In this document: positions 12,942 through 23,047 of the stretch, one piece after another
Layout of the letters: every line of letters starts with the position of its first letter
Position numbering within the stretch: the stretch's first letter is position 1
Assembly: GCA_963781585.1 (NCBI GenBank)
Contig: CAWAGQ010000011.1
Span: forward strand, 224,001 to 288,000
Direction: 5' to 3'
DNA length: 64,000 bases
From: an uncultured Gemmatimonadaceae bacterium
GTDB lineage: Bacteria; Gemmatimonadota; Gemmatimonadetes; Gemmatimonadales; Gemmatimonadaceae
Notes under the pieces: generated by a model
Databases searched by the model: none
What the model saw: the letters and a program-made list of their open reading frames with translations, nothing else
Told to the model about the DNA's origin: nothing
Position numbers and translations under genes: made by a program

Positions 12942-13998
12942 GGTGCAGGACGGTGCATACGGCGCCCTCGAGCATCTCAATTCGGTCACGTTAGGCATAC
13001 CGAGCGCCGACCTGGCCCGGAACGTCGACGAGCCGCTGGAAGAGATCGCCCACGAGTACTTCCACGCGTGGAATATCATGCGGATCCGGCCGGCGGAATA
13101 CCCGGCGGTGACGTGGGACGCGTTCCCGGCGGCCTCCGGGCTCTGGTGGAGCGAGGGGCTGACGATGTTCTACGCCGATCTGCTGCTCCGGCGGGCAGGA
13201 ATCCCGGTCGCACACCCCTCGCGTACCGCACACCTCGAGTCGCTGATCGCGCGGTATCTCTCGGAGCCGGGAGATTCGCATCTCTCGCCCGAGCGCGTGA
13301 GTCGTGGCGCCTACGGCGCACCCGACGCCCTCGGCGACTATCAGGCCTCGACCCACCTGCAAGGCGAGTTGCTGGGCGCGATGCTCGATCTCATGGTGCG
13401 AAGTGCCACGCGCGGCACGCGGACCATCGACGACGTGATGCGTCTGATGATGCGCCGATACGGCGGCGCGGTGGGATTCCACAGTGGGGACATCGCTGGC
13501 GTGGTGGCGGCGGTCTGCGGGTGCGAGATGAAGACTTTCTTCGACACCTACGTGCGCGGCGCCGCGCCGATCGACTTCAACCGGTTCCTCGCCCTGGTCG
13601 GACTGCGGGTCGACATCACCAGGAGACCGGCGGTGGACGAGCGTGGGCAGCCGGTGCCGAACCGGCGGATCTATGTGTTCAATCCGGCGACGGACGCGTC
13701 GACGCGTCTGCTGCTGAGCGATCCCGAGAGCGAGTGGGGGAGAGCCGGATTGCACAGCGGCGACGTCATCATATCGATGAACGGGGCGAGTGTGCCGAGC
13801 TTCGCGGCGTTTCGCCAGATGGTGGCAGGCTGGCGCGTGGGCGACAGCGTGCGCGTCGTGGTGTCACGGCCCACCGGTCGATATTCGGCGACCGTGGTCA
13901 TCGGGCAGGCGCAGCAGGTCACCGCGCGGATCAGCGAGATCGACGGGGCCAGCGCGGCGGCGCGCAAGCTGAGGGTGGAGTGGGAGGCGGGGCGGTGA
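12942..13998 (+). pseudogene. 5'-truncated duplicate of the M61 peptidase gene (copy of 3343-4399)
   Basis: Near-identical over 1057 bp (offset 9599) with a few substitutions (HET vs HPS, AAERK vs AAARK); no signal peptide. Confidence 0.9.
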
Positions 13999-14101
13999 GG
14001 CGGCTGGCGCGGCGCTGACCGGCAGTCATATAGTAGTGCTGGGCGGGCGTTAGCAGCCAAGCCCAATCAAGGGCCGTGACAACAGGGATGGCTGAAGACT
14101 G

Positions 14102-15235
14102 ATGATCACGACACGCCCGGCAATTCCACACGCGGCGTTCTCGGCGTTGTTGCTGTTGTCGGCGCCTGGAGGGAGCGCGGCACAGCCGAGTCGCGTCATC
14201 CGGATTCCTGACGAGCCGTCGTGCGCACGGTGCACCATCACAAGCCGCACCGTCGTCACGATGGGAGCAGACGCCGGCCCGGGCGCGTTGAACTTCGGTC
14301 CCGCGCTGGTTCGCGTGGATGGACGCGGCCGGTATTGGGTCAGAGTCGGTACGGACCCGCCTCGCCTGTTCGACAGCGCGGGACGATTTCTTCGCATGGC
14401 GGGGCGATCCGGCCAGGGGCCGGGCGAGTTCTTTCACCCATACTTCTTTCTCGCCCTCCCCGGTGACTCGATGCTGGTGGTGGACGAGGGATTCGCGACC
14501 GTCTTCGACGCCGACTTGCTGGATGATCGCCGCATCACGACGCGCGCGACGCTCTATCCGACGATCATACTGTCCTGGCCTGGCGACATCATCGCGGTCG
14601 GCAACCGCCCCGGGCCGACGTGGGGAGTGAATCGCGTGCATCGCGTGTCCCTCGCCGGCCGGGACCTGCAGTTCCTCGAATCACTTCCACGCGACTCCTC
14701 TCCTCCGCTGCGCCAGCCGTACCCACCCAACCTGCTCCAGGTTCTTGCGGTGAGCGGACCGAATTCATTCTGGACGGCCGACCGCACTCTCTACGACGTA
14801 CTCAGATGGACGAGGGACAGCGGCTTCGTTCAGGTCTTGCAGCGTCGCCCGCGCTGGTTTGCCGATCGCTCGAAGTTCGGAATTGGGAATCCCAGGGAAG
14901 CACCGCAGCCGCACCTGGTCGCCTTGCATCAGGACGAAGCCGGACGCCTGTGGGTCTACTCGAAGATTGCCGCCGACAGCTGGCGATCAGCCTGGGATCG
15001 AGTCCCGCCGGGGGCCGTTGAAGTACCCGCGACGCAGATCGACCAGGAGAAACTGTTCACGCCCGTTGTCGAGGTGATTGACCCTGTCTCGGCGACCGTG
15101 ATTGCCCGGCAGTTTCTGGGCAGGGATCTGTCCGATGTTCTGCCTTCCGGCCGGGTCGCGTCCTACGAGGTGGATGCGAATGGTGTTGGACGCCTGACGA
15201 TCATGGAGCTCATCATTTCGGGGACTGGAAAGTAG
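14102..15235 (+). CDS. Secreted 6-bladed beta-propeller protein with N-terminal CxxC
   Basis: Signal peptide; PSCARCTI; GRSGQGPGEF; DEAGRLWV. Paralog of 36131..37306. Confidence 0.75.
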   Translation: MITTRPAIPHAAFSALLLLSAPGGSAAQPSRVIRIPDEPSCARCTITSRTVVTMGADAGPGALNFGPALVRVDGRGRYWVRVGTDPPRLFDSAGRFLRMAGRSGQGPGEFFHPYFFLALPGDSMLVVDEGFATVFDADLLDDRRITTRATLYPTIILSWPGDIIAVGNRPGPTWGVNRVHRVSLAGRDLQFLESLPRDSSPPLRQPYPPNLLQVLAVSGPNSFWTADRTLYDVLRWTRDSGFVQVLQRRPRWFADRSKFGIGNPREAPQPHLVALHQDEAGRLWVYSKIAADSWRSAWDRVPPGAVEVPATQIDQEKLFTPVVEVIDPVSATVIARQFLGRDLSDVLPSGRVASYEVDANGVGRLTIMELIISGTGK

Positions 15236-15372
15236 TCACACTCCGGCGAGGGTTGGCCGAGACGCCGACGAATGAGCATGCAAGGGGAACACTGGCATCC
15301 CCAGCGGGTGACCTGGCCCCGTTTCTTCATGAACGGAGGGGAAGCGGAGGTCGCGCGCCAGACGATGGCCGA

Positions 15373-18072
15373 CTACTCGGCGCGGATCGCTGCGATCGGA
15401 TCGGTGCGGGCCGCCCGGATCGCCGGCAGCAACGCGGCGATGACTCCAACCCCGAACAGGAGCGCGATCCCCGTTCCCAGGGCCATCGGATCGTGCGGCG
15501 AGAGGCCGTACACGAGACTCCGCGTCAGCCGCAGCAGCGGGAACCAGAGGACGAAGCCCGCCACGAGTCCCCCGGCGATTGTCCGCAGTGAATCGCGCAA
15601 CACGACCCACGACACCGCCGCCGGCGAGGCGCCTAACGCAAGCCGCACGCCCATCTCGTTCGTCCGCCGGGTCACCGAGTAGCTGATCACCCCGTACAAC
15701 CCGATCGCCGCGAGCAGCAGCGCCAGCACACCGAAGCTCCCCGCCAACCGCGCCACCATCCGCTCGGTCGTCAATCCCCGCTCGAGCAGTTGCTCGACCA
15801 CCATCACGTCGCGCACGGGAAGGTTGGGATCCACCGACGCGAGCGCCGTCCGGATTCCGGAGATCGCGGCCTGCGGCGCACCGGTCGTACGCGCCTCGAC
15901 GCTGGTGATGTATTCCTGCGGGCGCTGCGCCAGCGGGTGGAACACCAGGGACGCCGGCGCCTCGCGCAGGCTGTTGACGCGGACATCGCGCACCACGCCC
16001 ACCACCTCGAGCTCCGGCGGCGTGTCATATCCGAAGTGCTTCCCGACCACCGTGTCCGTGCCGAAGAATCGTCGCGCTGCGGTCTGGCTGATCACCACAA
16101 CCTGAGGGGCGTCCCTGGTGTCGCGATCGGTGAAGGCTCGGCCGCGGACCAGGGGGACGCCGACCGTCTGGAAATAGTCCGGCGTCACGAAATCCTCCTG
16201 CCCGGGTTTGGTCCCGGTCGCTTGTTCGCGGCCGGGCACGGTGAATCCGCTGGTTCGCCGCGATCCGGTCCCGAGCGCGTGGTCCGACAGACTCGCCGAC
16301 CGCACGCCGGGCACCGCCCGCACCGACGCCAGCAACCGGTCGTACAGCGCCGGCAGTTGCTCGAAGGTGTAGCCGGCGGCGCGCAGGTCGAGCTGCGCGG
16401 TCACCAGCCGCTCGCGCTCGAACCCGGGGTCGATGCTCAGCAGGTTCCGGAATGTGCGCACGAACACGCCTGCCGAGGTCACGAGCACCAGCGAGAGCGC
16501 GATCTGCGCCATGACGAGCAGACGTCCGAGCGGCAGCCGATGCGATTGGGGTGCGGAAACCACTCGCGTTCCGCCCTTGAAGCTGTCGTGCAGATCGGTA
16601 CGGGCCACGCGCAGCGCGGGCGCCAGGCCGAAGAGCAAACCGGCGACGATCGTCACGCCGAACGCGAACGCGAGGACGCGTCCGTCGAGCGACGCGTCGA
16701 GCGGAATGGCCCGGGAGCCCGTGGATGCCAGACGCAGCAGCGCCCGCGTCGCCCACTGGGCGACGCCGAGCCCGAGCAGTCCGCCGATGATCGCGAGCGT
16801 GAGGCTCTCGGTCAGCGTCTGGCGGACGAGTCGTCCGGGCCTGGCGCCGAGGGACACGCGCACCGCCATCTCGTGCGAGCGTGCGGCTCCCCGCGCGAGC
16901 AGCAGCCCGGCGAGATTCGCGCAGGCGATGAGCAGGATGAGACCCACGCTCGCCATCAGGGCACGCAACGGATCACCGAATTCCTCGCGCAGCGGCGAGA
17001 ATCCACGGCTGATCGGTTGCAGCAAGACGTGCGCACGCGACCAATGCGCCCGGGTCGCCGAGTCGCTATTGGCCAGCTCGGCGTCGAGGTTCGCGCGGAA
17101 CGGCAGGTCGAGACGTGCCGCGATGGCGCGTGCCTGCGCCGGATCGACCCGCGCGACCAGGGTCAGCCAGCTCATGCCGCTCTGCGGAAGCCACGGTTGA
17201 CCGGGGTCCGCGTTCGACGCGCCGAAGTTCGAGATCCAGTGCAGGTTGTGCTGCATAACGAGCGGCACGAACAGGTCCATCGTCTGACCAACCGTGAGTC
17301 CACGGAACCCGACCTGGGCGACGCCGATGATCGTGAGCGGTACGCCGTTGACGCGCATCGTGCGGCCTATGACCGACGGATCGCGTCCGAAGCGCCGGTC
17401 CCAGAAGCTCTCCGTGATCACGGCCACCGGCCCGCCGCCTAACGTGCGGTCGTCGTCGGGACCGATGAGGCGGCCGGCCAGGGCGCGAACGCCGAGCATG
17501 GAGAAGAATCTCCCGGAGACCAGCTGCGCGGCGACCGCCTCCGGCCGGTCGCCGATCGTGGCGTAGAGCCGCGACACCGAGGTCATGGCGCCGATGCGGA
17601 GGGTATCCGGCAGCGCCTGCTGGTACCGGAGCATCAACGGGTGCGACACCAGGTCATTGTCGTCGTCGATGCCCGTTCTCGTGATCGTGTGCAGCTGTTC
17701 GGGACGCGCAACGGGCAGGGCCCGGCGCATCAGCGCGTCGAGGATGCTCCAGACCGACGTGTTGGCGCCGACGCCGATGGCGAGTGTCAGCGCGGCGGCG
17801 ACGCTGAAGCCGGGCGACCGCGCCATGGCGCGCAGTGCATAACGCGTGTCGTGCCACCAGTCCTCGATCCACCGCGTACCGCGCGCATCGCGGGTGCTCT
17901 CCTTCACCTGCTCCAGGCCGCCCAGGTCGACGCGGGCCCGCCGGCGCGCTTCGGCGCGCGAGACTCCGAGGCGCTCGAGGTCATCGGCGGCGGTGTCGAG
18001 GTGGAACTGGAGCTCCTTCTCCAGCTCACGCTCCAGTGCCCGGCGCCGGACGAGACGGGTGATCCACGACAT
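15373..18072 (-). CDS. ADOP-family duplicated ABC permease (MacB/FtsX-like)
   Basis: ERELEKELQFHL prefix domain, [38 protein letters not shown]. Confidence 0.93.
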   Translation of the reverse strand: MSWITRLVRRRALERELEKELQFHLDTAADDLERLGVSRAEARRRARVDLGGLEQVKESTRDARGTRWIEDWWHDTRYALRAMARSPGFSVAAALTLAIGVGANTSVWSILDALMRRALPVARPEQLHTITRTGIDDDNDLVSHPLMLRYQQALPDTLRIGAMTSVSRLYATIGDRPEAVAAQLVSGRFFSMLGVRALAGRLIGPDDDRTLGGGPVAVITESFWDRRFGRDPSVIGRTMRVNGVPLTIIGVAQVGFRGLTVGQTMDLFVPLVMQHNLHWISNFGASNADPGQPWLPQSGMSWLTLVARVDPAQARAIAARLDLPFRANLDAELANSDSATRAHWSRAHVLLQPISRGFSPLREEFGDPLRALMASVGLILLIACANLAGLLLARGAARSHEMAVRVSLGARPGRLVRQTLTESLTLAIIGGLLGLGVAQWATRALLRLASTGSRAIPLDASLDGRVLAFAFGVTIVAGLLFGLAPALRVARTDLHDSFKGGTRVVSAPQSHRLPLGRLLVMAQIALSLVLVTSAGVFVRTFRNLLSIDPGFERERLVTAQLDLRAAGYTFEQLPALYDRLLASVRAVPGVRSASLSDHALGTGSRRTSGFTVPGREQATGTKPGQEDFVTPDYFQTVGVPLVRGRAFTDRDTRDAPQVVVISQTAARRFFGTDTVVGKHFGYDTPPELEVVGVVRDVRVNSLREAPASLVFHPLAQRPQEYITSVEARTTGAPQAAISGIRTALASVDPNLPVRDVMVVEQLLERGLTTERMVARLAGSFGVLALLLAAIGLYGVISYSVTRRTNEMGVRLALGASPAAVSWVVLRDSLRTIAGGLVAGFVLWFPLLRLTRSLVYGLSPHDPMALGTGIALLFGVGVIAALLPAIRAARTDPIAAIRAE

Positions 18073-18081
18073 GGGAGCGGA

Positions 18082-18414
18082 TCAGGAGATGCCGAGGACG
18101 AGCGCGATCGCTCTGGACAGCTCGATCCACTCGGCGACTTCGATGTCGAGCCGGCGTTTGCCCTTCGCGCTCAGGCGATAGAACTTCGCTTCGCGTCCGG
18201 TGGCGGTGGCGCGCCACTCCGCCTTGAGCAGGCCCTGGTTCTCGAGTCGATGGAGGGCCGGATAGAGGGAGCCCTGCGGGACGGTGAGGCGGCCGCCGGA
18301 GATGAGCTTGAGGCGGTGGACCAGCGCGTAGCCGTGGAGCGGCTCGTCGGCGACGGCGCGCAGGACGAGCATGTCGAGGGTGCCCTGGAGGAGGTCGGCT
18401 CTGGCGGTCGCCAT
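18082..18414 (-). CDS. PadR-family transcriptional regulator
   Basis: LLQGTLDMLVL..HGY..GSLYPALHRLE..AKFYRL; directly upstream of an ADOP permease. Confidence 0.93.
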   Translation of the reverse strand: MATARADLLQGTLDMLVLRAVADEPLHGYALVHRLKLISGGRLTVPQGSLYPALHRLENQGLLKAEWRATATGREAKFYRLSAKGKRRLDIEVAEWIELSRAIALVLGIS

Positions 18415-18415
18415 A

Positions 18416-18453
18416 TCGAGACATTCTAGGCATCAACGCCGAGGATGTCTAGG
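18416..18453. promoter_or_regulatory. Two tandem pseudo-palindromic candidate PadR operators
   Basis: TCGAGA-CAT-TCTAGG (18416-18430) and CCGAGG-ATG-TCTAGG (18439-18453) lie immediately upstream of the padR start. Confidence 0.55.
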
Positions 18454-18581
18454 TGTGTGGTGCCAGGCCGTCGCCCCATCCCGTCACGGGGGATTCGAGC
18501 AGGAGGCCGAACCGGACAGTGACTGCCTGCGCCGAGGAACTCGCGTCTTCACGATGCGCGGCATATCGAGTATGATCCGAT

Positions 18582-18944
18582 ATGTCGAAGACCCCATCGT
18601 TCGCCCGGATCGCCATCACGTTGCCCCGGCAAGTCCTCGCCGCCGCCGACCGGGCGGCCAGCGCGCTCGACCGATCCCGGAGCTGGGTGATCGCGGAGGC
18701 GGTGCGCCGCTTCACCGTCGAGCCCCCCACACCGCCGTCCTCGTCGACGCCAGGCGTCGGTTCATCGCGACGGGCGCAGCTCGCGGCCGACCTCCGCCTG
18801 TCACCGGAGGAACGCGTGCGTGAGGCTGAGGAGACCATGCGGACGTCCCGGCTCGCCCACGGTGCCGGGCGCCACGGCATCGTGGCATTCGACCGGTACG
18901 AAGACTACCTCGAGTGGAAGCGCGTGCAGGACGTCGCCCTGTGA
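18582..18944 (+). CDS. Ribbon-helix-helix (CopG-like) protein, putative antitoxin
   Basis: RIAITLP..AADRAA..RSRSWVIAEAV. IR CATATCG/CGATATG (18562-18584) overlaps its start codon. Confidence 0.7.
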   Translation: MSKTPSFARIAITLPRQVLAAADRAASALDRSRSWVIAEAVRRFTVEPPTPPSSSTPGVGSSRRAQLAADLRLSPEERVREAEETMRTSRLAHGAGRHGIVAFDRYEDYLEWKRVQDVAL

Positions 18945-19414
18945 GACGGGCTGTGAAACCGGAGCGCACGCGTCTGGCGCGCGTGTGTGGCGCGCTCGAG
19001 GCGGAAGGCGCGCGTTACGTGCTGGTCGGCGCGAGCGCGATGCAGCTCTGGGGAACGACCCGGGCGACGCGGGACGTCGACATCCTCATCGAGGCGACCG
19101 TGGCCAACGCGCGACGTGTGCTCCGCGCGCTTTCGTCACTGGGATTCGGATTCGCGAAGGAGCTGCTCGCGGAGGAGGTGGCGAAACGGGCGGTCACCAT
19201 CGTCGGCGACATGCCAGGCGTGGACATTCTCACAATCGCGTGGACGGTGCGCTACGCGGACGCTCGGCGCGATGCGACGGTGTTCGAGCTGGAAGGGGTG
19301 AAGATCCCGACGGCGTCGATCGAACACCTGATCGCATCGAAGCGCACGGGGCGATTGCAGGATGCCGCGGACATCGAGATCCTCCAGGAGATCCGACGGC
19401 TGCGAGGCTCCTGA
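18941..19414 (+). CDS. Nucleotidyltransferase-fold protein (DUF6036-like)
   Basis: YVLVGASA..RATRDVDILI, LIASKRTGRLQDAAD; GTGA overlap with the upstream gene. Confidence 0.75.
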   Translation: MRRAVKPERTRLARVCGALEAEGARYVLVGASAMQLWGTTRATRDVDILIEATVANARRVLRALSSLGFGFAKELLAEEVAKRAVTIVGDMPGVDILTIAWTVRYADARRDATVFELEGVKIPTASIEHLIASKRTGRLQDAADIEILQEIRRLRGS

Positions 19415-19535
19415 GATCGCCCTGACCGCGCCCTGCGCTCTGGCGTCCCCACCGCGCCCGTGCATATTCGTTTCGGGAGGGCTGCAGGAAGAACGAGCGG
19501 GCGATTCCACCATGCCTAATGCAAGGAGGGCCATC

Positions 19536-20039
19536 ATGAAGCGGACACTGATCCTGTTGTGTGCCGCAGCGGCCGTCGGCGCGTGCGCGCCGGTTGGTGG
19601 CGGCGGTGCGATGCCCAGAGTGAATGATCCGGCCGACCTCGCGGCGGTCGGGCAGGTGCGCTCCGACTTCCAGGCGGCGTTCAACGCCGGGGACAGCGCA
19701 AAGATCGCGTCGCTGTACACCGACGACGCGCGGTCGATGGGCAACGGATTGTCCACGGGCGTGGGTGGTGCGGCGGCGGCTGCCGCCAACATGATGGGGC
19801 GCGAGAACGCGCAGTCGATGAGCGTCGAGATCGCCCCGGCGCGGACGGAGGTGGTGGGTGACATGGCGTACGACCAGGGGACGTTCAAGGTGTCGATCAC
19901 ACCGAAGACGGGCGCCGCGATGACCCAGGAGGGGCGGTATCTCGTCGTGTTGCGTCGTCAGGCAGACAGCTCGTGGAAGCTGGTGGCGGATATGGGAAAC
20001 ACGGCGACGCCGCCGGCGCCGCCTCCGGGGAAGAAGTAG
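19536..20039 (+). CDS. NTF2-like/DUF4440 lipoprotein
   Basis: AAGGAGG RBS; AVGAC lipobox; AAFNAGD..LYTDDA, GRYLVVLRRQADSSWK. Confidence 0.8.
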   Translation: MKRTLILLCAAAAVGACAPVGGGGAMPRVNDPADLAAVGQVRSDFQAAFNAGDSAKIASLYTDDARSMGNGLSTGVGGAAAAAANMMGRENAQSMSVEIAPARTEVVGDMAYDQGTFKVSITPKTGAAMTQEGRYLVVLRRQADSSWKLVADMGNTATPPAPPPGKK

Positions 20040-20061
20040 GATTGCGTGCGGAATCATGGAG

Positions 20062-20092
20062 ACGGGCGCCGCGGACTGCGGCGCCCGTTTTT
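20062..20092 (+). terminator. Rho-independent terminator
   Basis: 11-bp stem ACGGGCGCCGC/GCGGCGCCCGT, 5-nt loop, followed by a T run, 22 nt after the stop codon. Confidence 0.8.
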
Positions 20093-20412
20093 GCATGGGC
20101 GAGACCACGGGGGGTCGCGGCCAAGGGGAAGCCTATCGCAAGCGACGGCCCACGGTCGTGCTCCAGCACGGCGTACTGGCTCTGAAAGTCGTAGTGGGCG
20201 TTGATCAGCGCGGAGCTCTCGTGCTCGAACTGCTCGCGCGACGTGGTGACGTCGAAGATCGAAACCGATCCCAGACGATATCGCTCGGCGTCCAGGCCAA
20301 GGAGGGGAAGCGGGAAGTCGGAGGTCGCGTGAAGTCAGGGGACGGTGTAGCGTAAGGGGAACCGCCCCACGGTCAGCCGCGTACGGTGGCGCAAGGTCGA
20401 CGGAGAAGGAGC

Positions 20413-22827
20413 ATGTGGCTCGATCTGAAGTGTGTGGCCCGACGCCTTGGTCGACGTCGACTCTATTCTGCGATCTGTGTGGTCTGCATCGGCGTTGCGG
20501 TGGCGGCCTCCTGCGTGGCCTATTCGCTCCTTGACGCGACGCTTCTGGCCCCTCCAGCGGACGTGCGAGTGCCCGCGGAGCTGTTCCGCGCGACGGTCTC
20601 GGTAACCATCGGCACTACGCGCGCCGTGCCGCTTCCAGCCGTCTCTTTTCCGCAGTACGAAGCAATGCGTGCGAGCCTCCGCGGGCGTGCTTCCCTCGGT
20701 GCGTACATCACGCAGCCGGTGACCCTGGGCGATCCAGCGTCGGCCATCGTGGGCGGGGCATTCCTCACCTCGCACGAGATGCTCGAAATACTGGACCTGC
20801 GACCCACCTTCGGGCGCTCCCTCACTGCCCAGGACGATGCGCCCGCTGGCGAGCCGGTGGCCATGATCGGAGTCTCCTTCTGGAATCGCGAGTTCGGCAG
20901 GCGACCGGACATCGTGGGTCAAACGGTGCGGGTGAACGGGCATCCATTCACGATCGTCGGGGTTCTTCCGCCGCTCTTCGATGGACTGAACCGGCGCCGC
21001 ATCGATGTGGCGCTACCGCTGCGGGCCGTTGCGGCGGAGATGCTTGCAGATCCTCGTGCCCTCACCGACCGCCGGTATTTCTCATATTCGGTGGTCGGTC
21101 GTTCCAGTCACCTACCCGACGACCTGACCTGGTTGGCCTCGCAACTCACCGCCGCCTTCCGGCGTAACGCGGTCGACGGTCCGGAGCTCGACCCGCACGC
21201 GCTGCTACGCGTGACTCCCGTGATGCGGGAGGCCATTCCCCGTCTCGAACGCGTTTCGCAACTCAGCGTATGGGTAACAGCCCTGACCGCTGCGATGCTG
21301 CTGCTTGGCTGTTTCAACGTCGCCGGTCTGGTGGCCGCGGATACGATGGCTCGCCGGCAGGAGGTGTACATCCGTCGCGCGCTCGGGGCATCATCCCGGG
21401 CAATTCTTCGACTGCTTGTACTGGAAGCGTCCGTGCTCGGGATCATCGGCCTTGGTGCCGCGTTATTGCTGACCGCAGTGGCGCAACGGGCGATCTATCG
21501 GAGCGCGCTCGCGCATCTGCAGATGGACCCGCTGAGAGTCTCAGCAGGTCTCATCCTCTTCGCTCAACTCGTCGCCGGCGGTGTGATCGTCGTGGTGTCG
21601 ACCCTGGCCGCCATCACGGTGACACGGGCGTTGCGTGGCGAGACGAACCTGGCGATCGAGTTGCATCGGTTTCGGAGATTCCGGTTCGCGGAACGGCTGA
21701 TTCCATCGATTCAGGTCGGGCTGGCGGTGCTCCTCCTGATTGCAGCGAACCAGTTCATCGCGGTCATGGTTCGGGCCCGTCGCGCTGACCTCGGTCTCGA
21801 CGTGGAGCATCTCGTGAGTGTTGATATTCCGGGAAGCACACCGGGGCTCGCCGACCGGTTGCGGGAGGAACTGGCCGGCGAAGCCGGCGTTCGCGGAACG
21901 GCGGTGCTCTCCGCGGTTCCGTTCGGGCGGCGGATGATCGATGTGGTCCAGGTCGATCCGCCCGGACGCGCCCCCGCGTCGATCGAGTCCGCGGCGAGTG
22001 TGGTAGGCGTCACGGCGGGATTCGAGCAGGTTCTGGGACTGTCGGTTGTGCGTGGACGTCCCCTGCTGAGCAGTGATGGTAGCGAGTCCCCCAACGTGGC
22101 GGTGGTGAGCAGAAGGATGGCAGAGATCTACTGGCCCGGGACGGACCCGATTGGCGAGTGCCTTCGCCTGGGCGGCCCGACCCAGCCGTGCGTCCGCGTG
22201 GTCGGGATCGTCTCCGACTATCGGACTGACCTCTTCGAGCCGGCGGCGCCACAGTTCTATATCCCGCTCGATCAGACGAATCGAGCATCGGGAAGGGCAG
22301 TTCTCGTACGGACGGTGGCGGGCGGCCGATCGATGAAGGGGATGGTCGCGCAGGCGTTTTCACGCATTGCCCCGTCCAGTGGCTCGCCCCGAGTCGAGGC
22401 GATTGGTGAGTCCTTTGACCGGGTGTTGGCACCGTGGGGTGTCGCATCGTGGACGCTTGTCGCGTTGGCAGGGGTTGCATTGTTGATCGCCCTGCTGGGG
22501 GAGTTGGCGTCGACGAGATTGGAACTTCAGAGAGAACGTACCAACATCGCGGTTCGTGCGGCTCTTGGCGGCTCGTCGCGGCAGGTGATGCGAGAGTTGA
22601 TGACGAACCAGTTGGTTCCATTCCTACTCGGCACGACCGCGGGCGTGGTGACCTTCATCCTCGTCCGGAATCTGTTGGCGAAACTGACTACGCTGCGCGT
22701 TCCCGTCGCCCCGCTTGGCATCGTGCTCGCCGTTCTGGTTTTCGTGCTGGGATCGTCAGCGGGGAGAATCGTGCCGATTCGTCGTGAGCTTCGCCGTCCC
22801 CTGCGCGAACTACTGGAGGCGAGCTGA
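20413..22827 (+). CDS. Divergent ADOP/MacB-like ABC permease
   Basis: AAGGAG RBS; FWNREFG..VNGHPFTIVGVLP, GCFNVAGL, RRQEVYIRRALGA. Family motifs are degenerate. Confidence 0.8.
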   Translation: MWLDLKCVARRLGRRRLYSAICVVCIGVAVAASCVAYSLLDATLLAPPADVRVPAELFRATVSVTIGTTRAVPLPAVSFPQYEAMRASLRGRASLGAYITQPVTLGDPASAIVGGAFLTSHEMLEILDLRPTFGRSLTAQDDAPAGEPVAMIGVSFWNREFGRRPDIVGQTVRVNGHPFTIVGVLPPLFDGLNRRRIDVALPLRAVAAEMLADPRALTDRRYFSYSVVGRSSHLPDDLTWLASQLTAAFRRNAVDGPELDPHALLRVTPVMREAIPRLERVSQLSVWVTALTAAMLLLGCFNVAGLVAADTMARRQEVYIRRALGASSRAILRLLVLEASVLGIIGLGAALLLTAVAQRAIYRSALAHLQMDPLRVSAGLILFAQLVAGGVIVVVSTLAAITVTRALRGETNLAIELHRFRRFRFAERLIPSIQVGLAVLLLIAANQFIAVMVRARRADLGLDVEHLVSVDIPGSTPGLADRLREELAGEAGVRGTAVLSAVPFGRRMIDVVQVDPPGRAPASIESAASVVGVTAGFEQVLGLSVVRGRPLLSSDGSESPNVAVVSRRMAEIYWPGTDPIGECLRLGGPTQPCVRVVGIVSDYRTDLFEPAAPQFYIPLDQTNRASGRAVLVRTVAGGRSMKGMVAQAFSRIAPSSGSPRVEAIGESFDRVLAPWGVASWTLVALAGVALLIALLGELASTRLELQRERTNIAVRAALGGSSRQVMRELMTNQLVPFLLGTTAGVVTFILVRNLLAKLTTLRVPVAPLGIVLAVLVFVLGSSAGRIVPIRRELRRPLRELLEAS

Positions 22828-23047
22828 TGCGGCTTCGATTGCTACTCTTCGTCAGCTGGCTCTCGTCGTCATGGACGGTGCCGGTTCCGGGTCAAGCGTC
22901 AGGGGGCATAGGTGCGGTGATTCACGCAGACATCGTGGTCACCGCAGAGGCGGACAGTGACTCCGGAGCCAGGCGATGCGGCTCACTCCAGAGTCTCTAT
23001 CGGTGACGGAAGGCCAATGATACGCGGCCATTTTTCAGCGGACGAAG

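Noticed and set aside
20095..20350. Possible protein fragment on the minus strand (DFPLPLLGLDAERYRLG...)
   Set aside because: No start codon and no recognisable family; may be another gene scrap but is unsupported.
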